Origin: an uncultured Ruminiclostridium sp.
Lineage (GTDB): Bacteria > Bacillota > Clostridia > DSM-8532
Assembly: GCA_964586745.1 (NCBI GenBank)
Contig: CAZPIS010000001.1
Location: 1-39,039, forward strand
DNA length: 39,039 nucleotides
Direction of reading: 5' to 3'
Part shown: positions 25,668 through 34,529 of the stretch, piece after piece
How the letters are laid out: every line of letters starts with the position of its first letter
Position numbering within the stretch: the stretch's first letter is position 1
Translations under genes and position numbers: made by a program
Notes under the pieces: model-generated
Told to the model about the DNA's origin: nothing
Seen by the model: the letters and a program-made list of their open reading frames with translations, nothing else
Database searches by the model: none

Positions 25668-27140
25668 GTGAAATTGTCTTTTGAATACGGTCATGGCACC
25701 ATGGATGCTAATTTACCGGATTATACCGATGTATTTATTCCGGGAGAAACAGTACCGGATCCTCCTTATCTAGAGGATGTTTATACGGCTACCAAAGAAT
25801 CTATTTTAAATCCCATTGGTATGGAGCCATTGTCGAAGCTTGCCAAAAAAGGCTCGAAAGTAACCATTATATTTCCCGACAGAGTAAAGGGCGGGGAACA
25901 GCCAACATCTCATCGGAAAACAGCAATTCCCATAATTCTTGACGAACTATATAAAGGTGGTGTTGAGAAAAAAGATATTCTTCTAATCTGTTCAAACGGA
26001 TTACACAGTAAGAATACAAAACAAGAAATTTTAAATATACTTGGTGAAGATATATTCAACCAATTCTGGTACACCAAGCAGATTCTTAACCACGACAGTG
26101 AGGACTATGAGCACCTTATCGATTTGGGTACAACAAAGCGCGGTGACCCTGTGCTCATGAACAAATATGTTTATGATTCGGATGTGGCAATTTTAATTGG
26201 TCATACTCAGGGAAATCCTTACGGAGGTTATTCGGGGGGCTATAAGCACAGCGCTACTGGGATTACTCACTGGAGATCAATAGCATCTCACCATGTGCCG
26301 GAGGTAATGCATCGCGGAGACTTTACTCCTGTAAGCACCAATTCATTGATGCGAACAAAATTTGATGAGATAAGTATGCATATGGAAGAGAAAATGGGGA
26401 AGAAATTCTTCTGTTGTGATGCGGTTTTAGATACAAAATCAAGGCAGATTGCTATATTCAGCGGATATGCAAAAGAAATGCAGCCCTTATCCTGGGAGGT
26501 TGCCGATAAGCGTACCTATGTTCATTGGGCAGAAAAGAAATATGATGTTATGGTATTTGGTATGCCTCAATCCTTTCATTATGCAGACGGTATGGGGACA
26601 AATCCTATCATGATGATGCAGGCCCTATCAGCTCAAGTAATACGCCATAAAAGGATTATGAAGGAAAATTGTGTAATCATATGCTCATCTATCTGCAACG
26701 GCTATTTCCACGATGAGAAGTTCACCGGATATCGAGAGGTATTTAATATGTTCCAGAATGATTACATGAATACTCTTGCCGATATGGACAGGTACGGTGA
26801 AATGTTTGCAACTAATGAAGAATATATCAGAAATTACCGTTTTGGCAATGGATTTCATCCGTTCCACTCCTTCTCCATGATAAGCTGCGGTCATATTGCA
26901 GAGATGAATACCTCGGCCATTTATATTGTTGGTGGCCAGGAGCCGGGCTATGCACGAGCTATGGGATTGAAGACAAGAGCAACTTTTGAAGAAGCTCTTG
27001 AGGACGCAATAAAAAAATATGTTGGGCCTAGTCCTAATATTCTGGCACTGCCAAGAACTTTTAAGATGAGTGCGGTACATCTATGTATGAAGAATGAGGA
27101 AAAGGGTAATTACGGTGTTGATTGCTGCCATGCAAAATAA
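25668..27140 (+). CDS. LarA-like (DUF2088, nickel-pincer-nucleotide dependent) racemase/epimerase family protein
   Basis: Motif order matches LarA: SNGLHSKNTKQE (ATGxHR-type His), ILNHD, and IGHTQGNPYGGYSGGYKHSATGI...SHH (the His, GFSGGxK Lys and downstream His region). The GVG start at 25668 lies 8 nt after GAAAGGAAG. The assignment is from recalled motifs, not a profile search. Confidence 0.68.
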   Translation: MKLSFEYGHGTMDANLPDYTDVFIPGETVPDPPYLEDVYTATKESILNPIGMEPLSKLAKKGSKVTIIFPDRVKGGEQPTSHRKTAIPIILDELYKGGVEKKDILLICSNGLHSKNTKQEILNILGEDIFNQFWYTKQILNHDSEDYEHLIDLGTTKRGDPVLMNKYVYDSDVAILIGHTQGNPYGGYSGGYKHSATGITHWRSIASHHVPEVMHRGDFTPVSTNSLMRTKFDEISMHMEEKMGKKFFCCDAVLDTKSRQIAIFSGYAKEMQPLSWEVADKRTYVHWAEKKYDVMVFGMPQSFHYADGMGTNPIMMMQALSAQVIRHKRIMKENCVIICSSICNGYFHDEKFTGYREVFNMFQNDYMNTLADMDRYGEMFATNEEYIRNYRFGNGFHPFHSFSMISCGHIAEMNTSAIYIVGGQEPGYARAMGLKTRATFEEALEDAIKKYVGPSPNILALPRTFKMSAVHLCMKNEEKGNYGVDCCHAK

Positions 27141-27233
27141 AACATTCACTCTCTTGCATAACCAAAGATTGTAGGCGGGTTCTGCGAACCTTGATACTTG
27201 GCATAGCAGTTAATAGAGATATATTTGGGGGCG

Positions 27234-27267
27234 AGCCGGTCTGTATAATGCGGACCGGCTTGTTAAT
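27234..27267 (+). terminator. Putative terminator of the long plus-strand catabolic operon
   Basis: AGCCGGTC (27234-27241) and GACCGGCT (27253-27260) form an 8-bp GC-rich stem, followed by TGTTAATA, which is a weak T-tract. Confidence 0.45.
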
Positions 27268-27361
27268 ACCTCAATTCTAAGAGAGCATGCCGAATCGAAC
27301 CATGTATCCGTAATTGAAAAGGATATCATGAAGTGCAACGCAATTTTCTTAAAATGCGATG

Positions 27362-28108
27362 CTATTCTGTGAATCTCGCTATAAGTGATTCATGGGCGAC
27401 ATTCTCCAATTCATCATCTAAGGGAGAAAGTCCTTGAAAATCCGGATATTTATTTATAAGCGCCAGCATTATTAAATGATCGGCTAATGCCGGGTTCTTT
27501 GGCAGAAGACTTCCGTGGGAATAGGTGCAGAAGGTATTCTTATATACAGCTCCTTCAAAGCCGTCCTCACCGTTATTACCGAAACCTTTAATTACTTTGC
27601 CCAAGGGCATTACACCCTCACCTAAATAGGTCTTGCCGGCATGATTTTCAAAGCCTACCACATTGTATTTTTCACTCATATTTTTAAGAAAGTCGACTTC
27701 AAAAACTGTATTTCCTATCAAGCGGGTGTCTTCGGCATGAGTCCAAACATTTATTGCCCCTAAACACTCAATTTCTTTTCCATTATTGGGTTTATAGTAT
27801 TTCCCAAGTAACTGAAAACCGCCGCATATCCCTAAAAACACTTTACCGGCTTCCACTGCTTCAACTATTTCCTGACGCTTACCATTCATTAAATCGTCCT
27901 GAATGATGGTTTGCTCATAGTCCTGTCCACCGCCGATAAATATGATATCGTAATTTTCAAATTTAAAGGTATCTCCTATAGAGATTTTATCAACCTTTAC
28001 ATCTATATCACGCCATTCACAGCGGCGTTGTAAGGCTATAATATTTCCCCTGTCACCATATAGGTTTAACAGGTCCGGATACAGATGGCATATGTTCAAT
28101 TCATACAT
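27362..28108 (-). CDS. gatD: Lipid II isoglutaminyl synthase, glutamine amidotransferase subunit (CobQ/GatD type)
   Basis: N-terminus MYELNICHLYPDLLNLYGDRGNI, catalytic Cys motif GICGGFQLLG, and ENHAG. It lies directly downstream of murT, with its RBS GGGAG inside the murT 3' end. Confidence 0.88.
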   Translation of the reverse strand: MYELNICHLYPDLLNLYGDRGNIIALQRRCEWRDIDVKVDKISIGDTFKFENYDIIFIGGGQDYEQTIIQDDLMNGKRQEIVEAVEAGKVFLGICGGFQLLGKYYKPNNGKEIECLGAINVWTHAEDTRLIGNTVFEVDFLKNMSEKYNVVGFENHAGKTYLGEGVMPLGKVIKGFGNNGEDGFEGAVYKNTFCTYSHGSLLPKNPALADHLIMLALINKYPDFQGLSPLDDELENVAHESLIARFTE

Positions 28109-28113
28109 AATTC

Positions 28114-29511
28114 TTACTCCCAAAACTCTTTTAAATTGAAGCGCTTTTTTAGATTCTTTCTGATATCCAGCATAGCGGTATACGTTGGAAGAAGATAGAG
28201 TGTCTCATTCTCTTCTGACGCATCTATCATTGAATCAATAAGTTCTGCGTCTCCATGCTTTATAAAAATATTATCAGAAGGTATTCCCGCATATTTTAAC
28301 CTTACTGCCATATCTTCAGCCCTGATTCCCGAAACAAAGAATCTGCGGATTTTATTCTGCATAAATGACAAAATTTCAAAGTCCACGTCCCACAACCAAG
28401 AAATATCGGTACCGTCAGCCAGCTTGTCATTTATTGCAAAACCGATAACACATTTATCTTTTTGGGTGAGCAGATATTTTAGAACTTGATTAAAACCGGT
28501 CGGATTCTTTACCAATATCATCTTAAGCTCCCGGCCGTTGACCGAAAGGGATTCCATCCTTCCGAAACCGCATTCGAAGCCTTCAAGAACATAGACGAGG
28601 TCATCCTCCTTAAGTTCTAGTAAATGGCCTACAGCTGCGCCTGCGAGGGCGTTATATATATTGTAAAGCCCGGGAAGGGCAAGCTTAACGGCGATTTTTT
28701 CGTCAGGCATTTGAATCTCAATTGTAGAGCTTAAATTGTCATATTCAAGTACCTGGGTGCACTCAACCTGTGCATTAGGCCTTTCATACCCGCAATTTGG
28801 ACATTTGAAATGCCCAAGGTGACCAAAGGAGCTGGACAAATATTCATAACGGGACTTGCAGTTGATACAGAAAGCTGCGTCTGCGTTAGCTTTTAAATAT
28901 TCCTCAGGATAAACCTTATCACCTAAACCAAAATAAATAACAGGATTTGAAGTGTTATGCCCAAGGGAAGCGCAAAGAGAATCATCAGCATTGAGTATCA
29001 GTTTGGAGTCGGGGGAGCCCTTAATTCCTTCTCTTACACTGTTTAATGTTGTATATAGTTCACCAAAACGATCCAGCTGATCCCTGAAAAAATTCGTAAC
29101 GATGACAATTTCAGGCTTTAGCTTTGGAGCTATGGTTTTGAAAGCAGCTTCATCTGTTTCGAGAAGAGCGGTTCTTACAATAGGCTTACCCGTAAGAGAA
29201 AGCGCACTTATTAATGTGGTGGCGATACCACTTGCTAGATTAGCCCCCGATTTATTTGAAATATACTGTAATCCGGATTTTTCCAGCATGCCTGCGATAA
29301 TCCGGGAAGTAGTAGTTTTACCGTTTGTTCCGGTTACCATAATAATTCTGAATTTATCTGACAGCTTGTGAAATAGATCCGGGCAAATTTTGAGGGCAAT
29401 TTTCCCGGGCAGGCTTGTTCCGCCTCTTCCCAATAATCTCAATCCAAATACGGTAAGCTTAGTCATAGCGATAGCGAAGCCTAAACGAAACTTTTCAAAG
29501 AATTTTTTCAT
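28114..29511 (-). CDS. murT: Lipid II isoglutaminyl synthase, Mur-ligase-like subunit
   Basis: ATP-binding loop VTGTNGKTTT, Cys4 zinc ribbon (CINCKSRYEY...HFKCPNCG) and a C-terminal DUF1727-like region. The ATG at 29511 lies 7 nt after GGGAG. Confidence 0.88.
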   Translation of the reverse strand: MKKFFEKFRLGFAIAMTKLTVFGLRLLGRGGTSLPGKIALKICPDLFHKLSDKFRIIMVTGTNGKTTTSRIIAGMLEKSGLQYISNKSGANLASGIATTLISALSLTGKPIVRTALLETDEAAFKTIAPKLKPEIVIVTNFFRDQLDRFGELYTTLNSVREGIKGSPDSKLILNADDSLCASLGHNTSNPVIYFGLGDKVYPEEYLKANADAAFCINCKSRYEYLSSSFGHLGHFKCPNCGYERPNAQVECTQVLEYDNLSSTIEIQMPDEKIAVKLALPGLYNIYNALAGAAVGHLLELKEDDLVYVLEGFECGFGRMESLSVNGRELKMILVKNPTGFNQVLKYLLTQKDKCVIGFAINDKLADGTDISWLWDVDFEILSFMQNKIRRFFVSGIRAEDMAVRLKYAGIPSDNIFIKHGDAELIDSMIDASEENETLYLLPTYTAMLDIRKNLKKRFNLKEFWE

Positions 29512-29650
29512 ATATAACTCCCGAAGGTAAAAATACAATATTTATTATATCCCTTTTTCAATCATTATTGGATTAAAACACTTCATTATTATACAATAAG
29601 AGAATAATCATGTACAAGTTGAATCGAACCCTCAGGAGGAATAAAGAAAA

Positions 29651-32335
29651 ATGAGCAATAAATTAATGATAGTTGACGGAAACAGTATTTTGAATAGAGC
29701 GTTTTTTGCCATAAAGGGACCAAGAATGCTGACGAAATCCGACGGTACACCTACAAACGCAGTTTATGGTTTTTTTAATATTTTAAATAAATACCTTGAA
29801 GAGGAAAACCCCGATCATTTGGCAGTAGCTTTTGATCTTAAGAGTAAAACTTTTCGCCACAATATGTATGAAGGCTACAAGGCAAACCGAAAAGGGATGC
29901 CTGATGAGCTTGCCGCTCAATTGCCAATAGTCAAGCAGGTTTTGGCTGCCATGAATATAGCCGTAACAGAGTATGAGGGTTTAGAAGCCGACGACCTGAT
30001 AGGGATATATTCAAAAACTGCCGAAAAAGAAGGGATGGATGTATCAATACTGACCGGTGACAGAGACGCACTTCAGCTGGCAAGTGATAAAGTAACAATA
30101 ATAATTCCCAGTACTTCAAAAGGGCAGACCACAACAAATAGATATACCCCGGCAGAAATAGCCGATAAATACGGTGTATCACCGGCAGATTTAATTGAGG
30201 TTAAGGCTCTTATGGGAGACTCCTCCGACAATATTCCCGGGGTAAAAGGAGTTGGGGAAAAAACTGCTATTGAGCTTATTAAGGAGTTTGACTCCATAGA
30301 TAAGCTATATGAGAACCTTTCTAAAATAACAAAATCAAAGCTTAAGGAAAATTTGGAGCAGTGCAGGGATTTAGCCTATCTTAGCAGGGATCTGGGTACA
30401 ATTGTCAGAGAAAAAGAGGGCTTTTCGGATGTTTCCGTGTTTAAGCGAAAGGAATTTAACAGGAAAGAGCTTCTTGCACTATTTAAGGATTTAGAGTTCA
30501 ACAATTTTATAAAGAAGATGGGGCTTAATCAAGATAATTTCCTTAAAGAGCAGATTATACAGGATACTGTATGCTATGTACAAGTTGATGGACTTCAGCC
30601 TTTTGAGGAGGTTTTGAATGAATTATCACATGAGCCTGTTCTGGCACTGATGGCGATTTTCAAAAAAACAGAACAAATTGGGGGAATGCTGGGATTAATA
30701 GGCATAGGCGCCCGGGACAAGTATTACTTTGCCTCAACAAAAACAATTGATGAAGGAAGCTTATCCAAAGCCCTTAAAACTATATTTGAGAACAAAGACA
30801 TAACATTGGTAAGCTATAATATAAAGGAGTTATATACATGGTGCTTATATCAAAATATAGAAATACGGTGTCAGCTTTTTGATTTAAAGGTAGCTGAATA
30901 CCTTATAGACGCTTTGGCCGGAAGCTACTCAACCCACGGTTTAGCTAAGAAATACCTTGGCGTTGAGTTGGAAATGCCAAAAGAAAGCAAAGGAAAAGGA
31001 AATCAAATTGAGTTGGAACTGGGTGAAATAAATACTATAGAAGAATTTGGGAAAGCTATTTCAACTTTTGGCATTATTTATGAAAGACAAAATTCAATTA
31101 TTAACGAAAACAAACAGAATGTTTTGTTCTATGATGTAGAAATACCGCTTTCATTTGTTTTGGGAAGCATGGAGTACTATGGATTCAAAGTAGACAGAAA
31201 ATATCTTGAAGAATATGGAGAACGTCTGGATTACCGCATTAAATCACTTGAGCAAACAATTTATATGCTTGCTTGCGAGGAGTTCAATATTAATTCTCCC
31301 AAGCAGTTAGGGGTAATACTATTTGATAAGATGGGCTTAAAGACCGTGAAAAAGACAAAGACAGGCTACTCTACAGATGCAGATTCCTTAAATGAGATTA
31401 TTGAAAGTCATGAAATAATTCCCTATATATTGGAATATCGGCAATTAACAAAACTGAAGTCTACTTATGCGGAGGGACTGGTTAAGGTTATAAGTCCGGA
31501 AACGGGGAGGATACATTCAAGCTTTAATCAGACTGTCACTGCCACGGGAAGAATTTCAAGCACTGAACCTAATCTGCAGAATATCCCAATACGTACCGAA
31601 TTGGGAAGAGAAATCAGGCAGGCGTTTATTCCTGAAGATGGTTATGTTTTTGTAGATGCCGACTATTCTCAGATAGAGCTGAGAGTTCTGGCCCATATTA
31701 CCGGGGATGAGGTGCTTCAAAATGCTTTTAAGGATGGAATAGACATTCATACACTGACTGCATCCCAAGTTTTTAATATACCAATAGATCAGGTTACATC
31801 TGATATGAGGAGAAGCGCTAAGGCGGTTAACTTCGGTATCATATACGGTATTGGGGACTTTTCTCTGGCAAAGGATATTGGCGTCAGCAGAAAGGAAGCA
31901 GCAAGATATATTGATAATTATCTTTCAACCTACCCAAAAATAAGGGATTATATGGAGGATACTGTGAACTTCGGTAAGGAGAAGGGTTATGTTGAGACCA
32001 TGTTTCATAGAGTTAGGCACGTACCTGAGCTGAAATCTCCAAATTATCAGGTTAGAGAATTTGGGAAAAGAGTCGCCATGAATACTCCCATACAAGGCAG
32101 CGCCGCTGACATAATTAAAATCGCTATGGTGAAGGTATGGCGTGAATTAAAGAAGAAAAATCTTAAATCCAGATTAATACTTCAAGTACACGACGAGCTT
32201 ATTGTAGAAACAGCCATTGATGAGCTTGAGCAAGTGAAAGAGATCGTTAAAACTAATATGGAGTCGGCTGCAGAATTGTCAGCTCCTCTTGTGGCAGACG
32301 TATCTACCGGTTCAACCTGGTTTGAAGCAAAATAA
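29651..32335 (+). CDS. polA: DNA polymerase I
   Basis: 894 aa with an N-terminal 5'-3' nuclease (LMGDSSDNIPGVKGVGEKTA). Polymerase motifs are DYSQIELRVLAH (A), RRSAKAVNFGIIYG (B) and QVHDELIVE (C). Confidence 0.97.
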   Translation: MSNKLMIVDGNSILNRAFFAIKGPRMLTKSDGTPTNAVYGFFNILNKYLEEENPDHLAVAFDLKSKTFRHNMYEGYKANRKGMPDELAAQLPIVKQVLAAMNIAVTEYEGLEADDLIGIYSKTAEKEGMDVSILTGDRDALQLASDKVTIIIPSTSKGQTTTNRYTPAEIADKYGVSPADLIEVKALMGDSSDNIPGVKGVGEKTAIELIKEFDSIDKLYENLSKITKSKLKENLEQCRDLAYLSRDLGTIVREKEGFSDVSVFKRKEFNRKELLALFKDLEFNNFIKKMGLNQDNFLKEQIIQDTVCYVQVDGLQPFEEVLNELSHEPVLALMAIFKKTEQIGGMLGLIGIGARDKYYFASTKTIDEGSLSKALKTIFENKDITLVSYNIKELYTWCLYQNIEIRCQLFDLKVAEYLIDALAGSYSTHGLAKKYLGVELEMPKESKGKGNQIELELGEINTIEEFGKAISTFGIIYERQNSIINENKQNVLFYDVEIPLSFVLGSMEYYGFKVDRKYLEEYGERLDYRIKSLEQTIYMLACEEFNINSPKQLGVILFDKMGLKTVKKTKTGYSTDADSLNEIIESHEIIPYILEYRQLTKLKSTYAEGLVKVISPETGRIHSSFNQTVTATGRISSTEPNLQNIPIRTELGREIRQAFIPEDGYVFVDADYSQIELRVLAHITGDEVLQNAFKDGIDIHTLTASQVFNIPIDQVTSDMRRSAKAVNFGIIYGIGDFSLAKDIGVSRKEAARYIDNYLSTYPKIRDYMEDTVNFGKEKGYVETMFHRVRHVPELKSPNYQVREFGKRVAMNTPIQGSAADIIKIAMVKVWRELKKKNLKSRLILQVHDELIVETAIDELEQVKEIVKTNMESAAELSAPLVADVSTGSTWFEAK

Positions 32336-32357
32336 AATTTGAAACGGGGAAGACAAA

Positions 32358-32984
32358 ATGAGGATAATAGGTGTAACAGGCGGAATAGGGGCGGGGAAAT
32401 CTTCCGTTTCAGCAATTTTGGAAGAATTGGGAGCTATCGTTATTGATGCCGATTTAATTTCCAAGCAGGTTGCAGAGCCTGGTATGCCGGCCTGGAGAAA
32501 AATTATAAAGTGTTTTGGTAAGGGCATCCTTAATAGAGATAAAACTATAAATAGAAAAGAATTAGCCCGTATTGTATTTAATTCGGGAGAAAAGAAACGT
32601 CTTCTTGAAAAAATAATTCACGGGGAAGTTATAGCTGTAATAAAACTGAAGCTTCAAACCATGAGGGAATATGGTTATAGCGGAACGGTTGTTCTAGACG
32701 TTCCTATTCCTGTCAAGGAAGGGTTTTTGGATATTGTTGACAGCGTATGGGTTGTAATCGGCAATGATGCTATCAGATTAAATCGCGTGATTGCAAGGGG
32801 AGGGATCTCTCGCGATGATGCTGAAGATCGTATAAAATCTCAGCTTACACAAGAAGAATATATTAAGCTGGCTCATGAGGTAATTGAGAATAACGGTAGC
32901 ATAGAAGAACTTAAAGAAAAAGTGAGGATTTTATATAACAAGCTTTTGACTGAGATTACAAATCAAGGAGATGACATTTTATAA
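32358..32984 (+). CDS. coaE: Dephospho-CoA kinase
   Basis: P-loop IGVTGGIGAGKSSV and a length of about 200 aa, in the conserved position downstream of polA. Confidence 0.92.
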   Translation: MRIIGVTGGIGAGKSSVSAILEELGAIVIDADLISKQVAEPGMPAWRKIIKCFGKGILNRDKTINRKELARIVFNSGEKKRLLEKIIHGEVIAVIKLKLQTMREYGYSGTVVLDVPIPVKEGFLDIVDSVWVVIGNDAIRLNRVIARGGISRDDAEDRIKSQLTQEEYIKLAHEVIENNGSIEELKEKVRILYNKLLTEITNQGDDIL

Positions 32985-33073
32985 AATCTGAAAAATCTTG
33001 TCACATCGTCACGGTTATTGTAAACTATAAAGGAAAGCAATGAAAATTTTACCTAGGTACGAGAGGTGTAATT

Positions 33074-33409
33074 ATGAAAAAAGCGATGTTTGAAAGAGAT
33101 ATTTTATACCCGACACTAAATCCGTTAGAGCCCGGTAGTGCAAACGTAACCGTGTATTCTCCCGAAAATACCGGAGGACTTCCTATTATCGTAAAGGGCA
33201 AGAATAATCATAACCCTGTTGAGTATGTGATTGAAATTGTCGGTATATTGCAGACAGATATATTTGACAGGATAAGAATTGATATTCGGTCTAAGGGTAT
33301 TATTTATTTTGTACCATATGATAAAAATATTTCATCAGTAAGAGTTATATTTACCGAAAGGGACAATTATATTACTGAAGAAGTCTTGGATGCGGATATT
33401 CTGATATAG
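33074..33409 (+). CDS. Hypothetical 111-aa soluble protein with no recognisable family
   Basis: A good RBS GAGAGGTG lies 6 nt upstream of the ATG. A candidate promoter is TTGTCA (32998-33003), 17 nt, TAAACT (33021-33026). I found no motif that I can place. Confidence 0.5.
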   Translation: MKKAMFERDILYPTLNPLEPGSANVTVYSPENTGGLPIIVKGKNNHNPVEYVIEIVGILQTDIFDRIRIDIRSKGIIYFVPYDKNISSVRVIFTERDNYITEEVLDADILI

Positions 33410-33440
33410 AGGTAAAAATATCATACTTTTGAGCTTTTTC

Positions 33441-33468
33441 TTGCTTTATAGCTTGATTCTGTTACAAT
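33441..33468 (+). promoter_or_regulatory. Putative promoter of fba with an extended -10
   Basis: TTGCTT (33441-33446), a 16-nt spacer, then TGtTACAAT (33460-33468). Confidence 0.5.
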
Positions 33469-33527
33469 ATATACTGGTTCGATGTGATTTTTTTTCACAA
33501 AACTTAATACAAAAGGAGTTGAATTTT

Positions 33528-34457
33528 ATGCCACTTGTAAATACTGTTGATATGTTCAAGAAGGCGTATGAAGGCGGATATGCAATCGGAGCCTTCAATG
33601 TAAACAACATGGAAATCGTTCAGGGAATTACTGAAGCAGCTAAGGAAGCTAATGCTCCTCTGATTCTCCAGGTTTCTTCCGGAGCAAGAAAGTATGCTAA
33701 TCATACTTATCTTATGAAATTGATTGAGGCTGCTATTATTGAGACCAACCTCCCAATTGCTGTCCATCTCGATCATGGTGATACCTTTGAGCTTTGTAAG
33801 TCTTGTATAGACGGCGGTTTTACCTCTGTTATGATAGATGGCTCGCACCATTCATTTGAGGAAAATATTGCTCTCACCAAAAAGGTAGTTGAATATGCTC
33901 ATGCACATGGCGTAACCGTTGAAGGTGAGCTTGGACGTCTTGCAGGTGTTGAGGATGATGTTAAAGTATCAGCTGAAGACTCTTCATACACCAGACCTGA
34001 AGAGGTTGAAGAATTTGTAACTCGTACCGGAGTTGATTCTCTTGCTATTGCTATCGGAACCAGCCACGGTGCATTCAAATTCACAGGTGAAGCACACCTA
34101 CGCTTTGATATTCTTGAAGAAGTAGGAAAAAGGCTACCAGGTTTCCCAATTGTTCTTCATGGCGCATCCTCGGTAATTCCGGAGTATGTTGACATGATAA
34201 ATCAATTTGGTGGGAAAATGCCCGGCGCAAAAGGTGTTCCTGAAGAAATGCTGAGAAAGGCTGCGTCTATGGCAGTTTGTAAAATCAACATAGACTCAGA
34301 TCTTCGTCTTGCTATGACAGCTGCAATTCGCAAGATATTTGTTGAAAGTCCCGGTGAATTTGACCCCAGAAAATATTTAGGCCCAGCTCGTTCAGAAATT
34401 AAGAAGCTCGTTACCAATAAGCTTATTAATGTTCTCGGATGCGCAGGTAAGGCATAA
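33528..34457 (+). CDS. fba: Class II fructose-1,6-bisphosphate aldolase (housekeeping)
   Basis: The ATG at 33528 follows the RBS AAAGGAG, so the ORF track's 33429 start is an artefactual extension. Sequence: MPLVNTVDMFKKAYEGGYAIGAFNVNN..., with VHLDHG, GVTVEGELGRLAGVEDDV, GTSHGAFK and LHGASS. Confidence 0.93.
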   Translation: MPLVNTVDMFKKAYEGGYAIGAFNVNNMEIVQGITEAAKEANAPLILQVSSGARKYANHTYLMKLIEAAIIETNLPIAVHLDHGDTFELCKSCIDGGFTSVMIDGSHHSFEENIALTKKVVEYAHAHGVTVEGELGRLAGVEDDVKVSAEDSSYTRPEEVEEFVTRTGVDSLAIAIGTSHGAFKFTGEAHLRFDILEEVGKRLPGFPIVLHGASSVIPEYVDMINQFGGKMPGAKGVPEEMLRKAASMAVCKINIDSDLRLAMTAAIRKIFVESPGEFDPRKYLGPARSEIKKLVTNKLINVLGCAGKA

Positions 34458-34479
34458 TACACAAGTACACTAAGATATC

Positions 34480-34510
34480 AGGAGCTGTCAACGAACAGCT
34501 CCTTTTCTTG
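34480..34510 (+). terminator. Rho-independent terminator of fba
   Basis: AGGAGCTGT / ACAGCTCCT forms a 9-bp stem with a 6-nt loop, followed by TTTCTTG. Confidence 0.7.
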
Positions 34511-34529
34511 TGTAGCTTGCCTTTATGAA

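Noticed and set aside
27280-27300. GAATCGAACC, the reverse complement of a tRNA T-loop-like GGTTCGATTC, in the 221-nt gap after the LarA-like gene.
   Set aside because: The flanking bases do not form a T-stem (CATGG versus CGGCA), and no acceptor or anticodon arms can be drawn. It is not a tRNA.
27362-29511. The murT-gatD pair as a possible unusual system.
   Set aside because: This is the established lipid II isoglutamine amidation complex of Gram-positive bacteria, with canonical motifs and gene order.
30550-31050. The PolA 3'-5' exonuclease region lacks the ExoI DxE and ExoII NxxxD acidic residues (…LALMAIFKK…, …SYNIKELY…).
   Set aside because: A proofreading-inactive vestigial exonuclease domain is well known for Pol I of many Firmicutes (Bst-type) and is not novel.
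33429-33527. A 33-codon N-terminal extension of fba in the ORF track. There are similar upstream extensions for hydA (1716), the MDR dehydrogenases (11159, 22771), the LarA-like gene (25626), gatD (28123), murT (29538), cca (35786) and permease 1 (19559).
   Set aside because: In each case a downstream in-frame start has a properly spaced Shine-Dalgarno sequence and yields the N-terminus typical of the family. The extensions run through promoter or RBS sequence.
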